A stretch of 44,262 nt of DNA, taken from the IMG/VR virus record IMGVR_UViG_3300044709_000069, positions 1 through 44,262 of that record. The stretch is one strand, 5' to 3'. The notes below the pieces were generated by a model. The model ran no database searches. It saw only the letters and a program-made list of their open reading frames with translations, and had not been told where the DNA came from. The position numbers and the translations under genes are program-made. This DNA is from a virus (lineage: Duplodnaviria; Caudoviricetes). Positions 44,171-44,262 of the stretch are shown piece after piece; the first letter of the stretch is position 1; each line of letters starts with the position of its first letter.

Positions 44171-44262
44171 GGGAATTATATACTTGACTCCCTTACCGAT
44201 TTGAGCTATTCTTAGGTCATGGAAACAACAGCTCGCGAGCAACTGGTAGCCGGAATCGCCGC
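44171..44262 (+). repeat. Second copy of the IS left end (circularisation overlap)
   Basis: 92 bp identical to 476-567. Confidence 0.97.

Noticed and set aside
44171-44262. Physical direct terminal repeat of the virion DNA
   Set aside because: The repeat starts exactly at the IS left IR and matches an internal position, so it is better explained as an assembly overlap.

Overview
This window is an essentially complete, circular, ~43.7 kb GC-rich P22-like (podovirus-type) phage genome. Positions 476-44170 close on themselves because 44171-44262 repeats 476-567. The genome carries terS/terL, a P22-like portal, scaffold and coat, gp4- and gp10-like tail-hub genes, tail fibres, four ejection-type proteins, a GH24 lysozyme, an annealing-protein/PD-(D/E)XK pair, and an SF2 helicase/VRR-NUC/VapE module with an iteron-like origin. 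No integrase or CI repressor is recognisable. A 2,016-bp IS1595-family element with passenger genes, perfect 22-bp inverted repeats and an 8-bp target duplication interrupts a DNA methyltransferase across the circular junction. Bases 1-475 are an alternative left flank of the same element, most likely from a related strain. The most unusual observations are: (i) a twin-arginine-signal protein, just upstream of the portal, that carries a diverged copy of the phage's own coat N-terminus; (ii) several single genes bracketed by short direct repeats of stop/start junctions; (iii) three unrelated accessory genes sharing one two-hairpin leader with the Shine-Dalgarno in a 7-nt loop; (iv) an ADP-ribosyltransferase-like gene coupled to the portal; and (v) a terminase P-loop lacking its canonical lysine. 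All calls come from manual motif reading; no searches were run.
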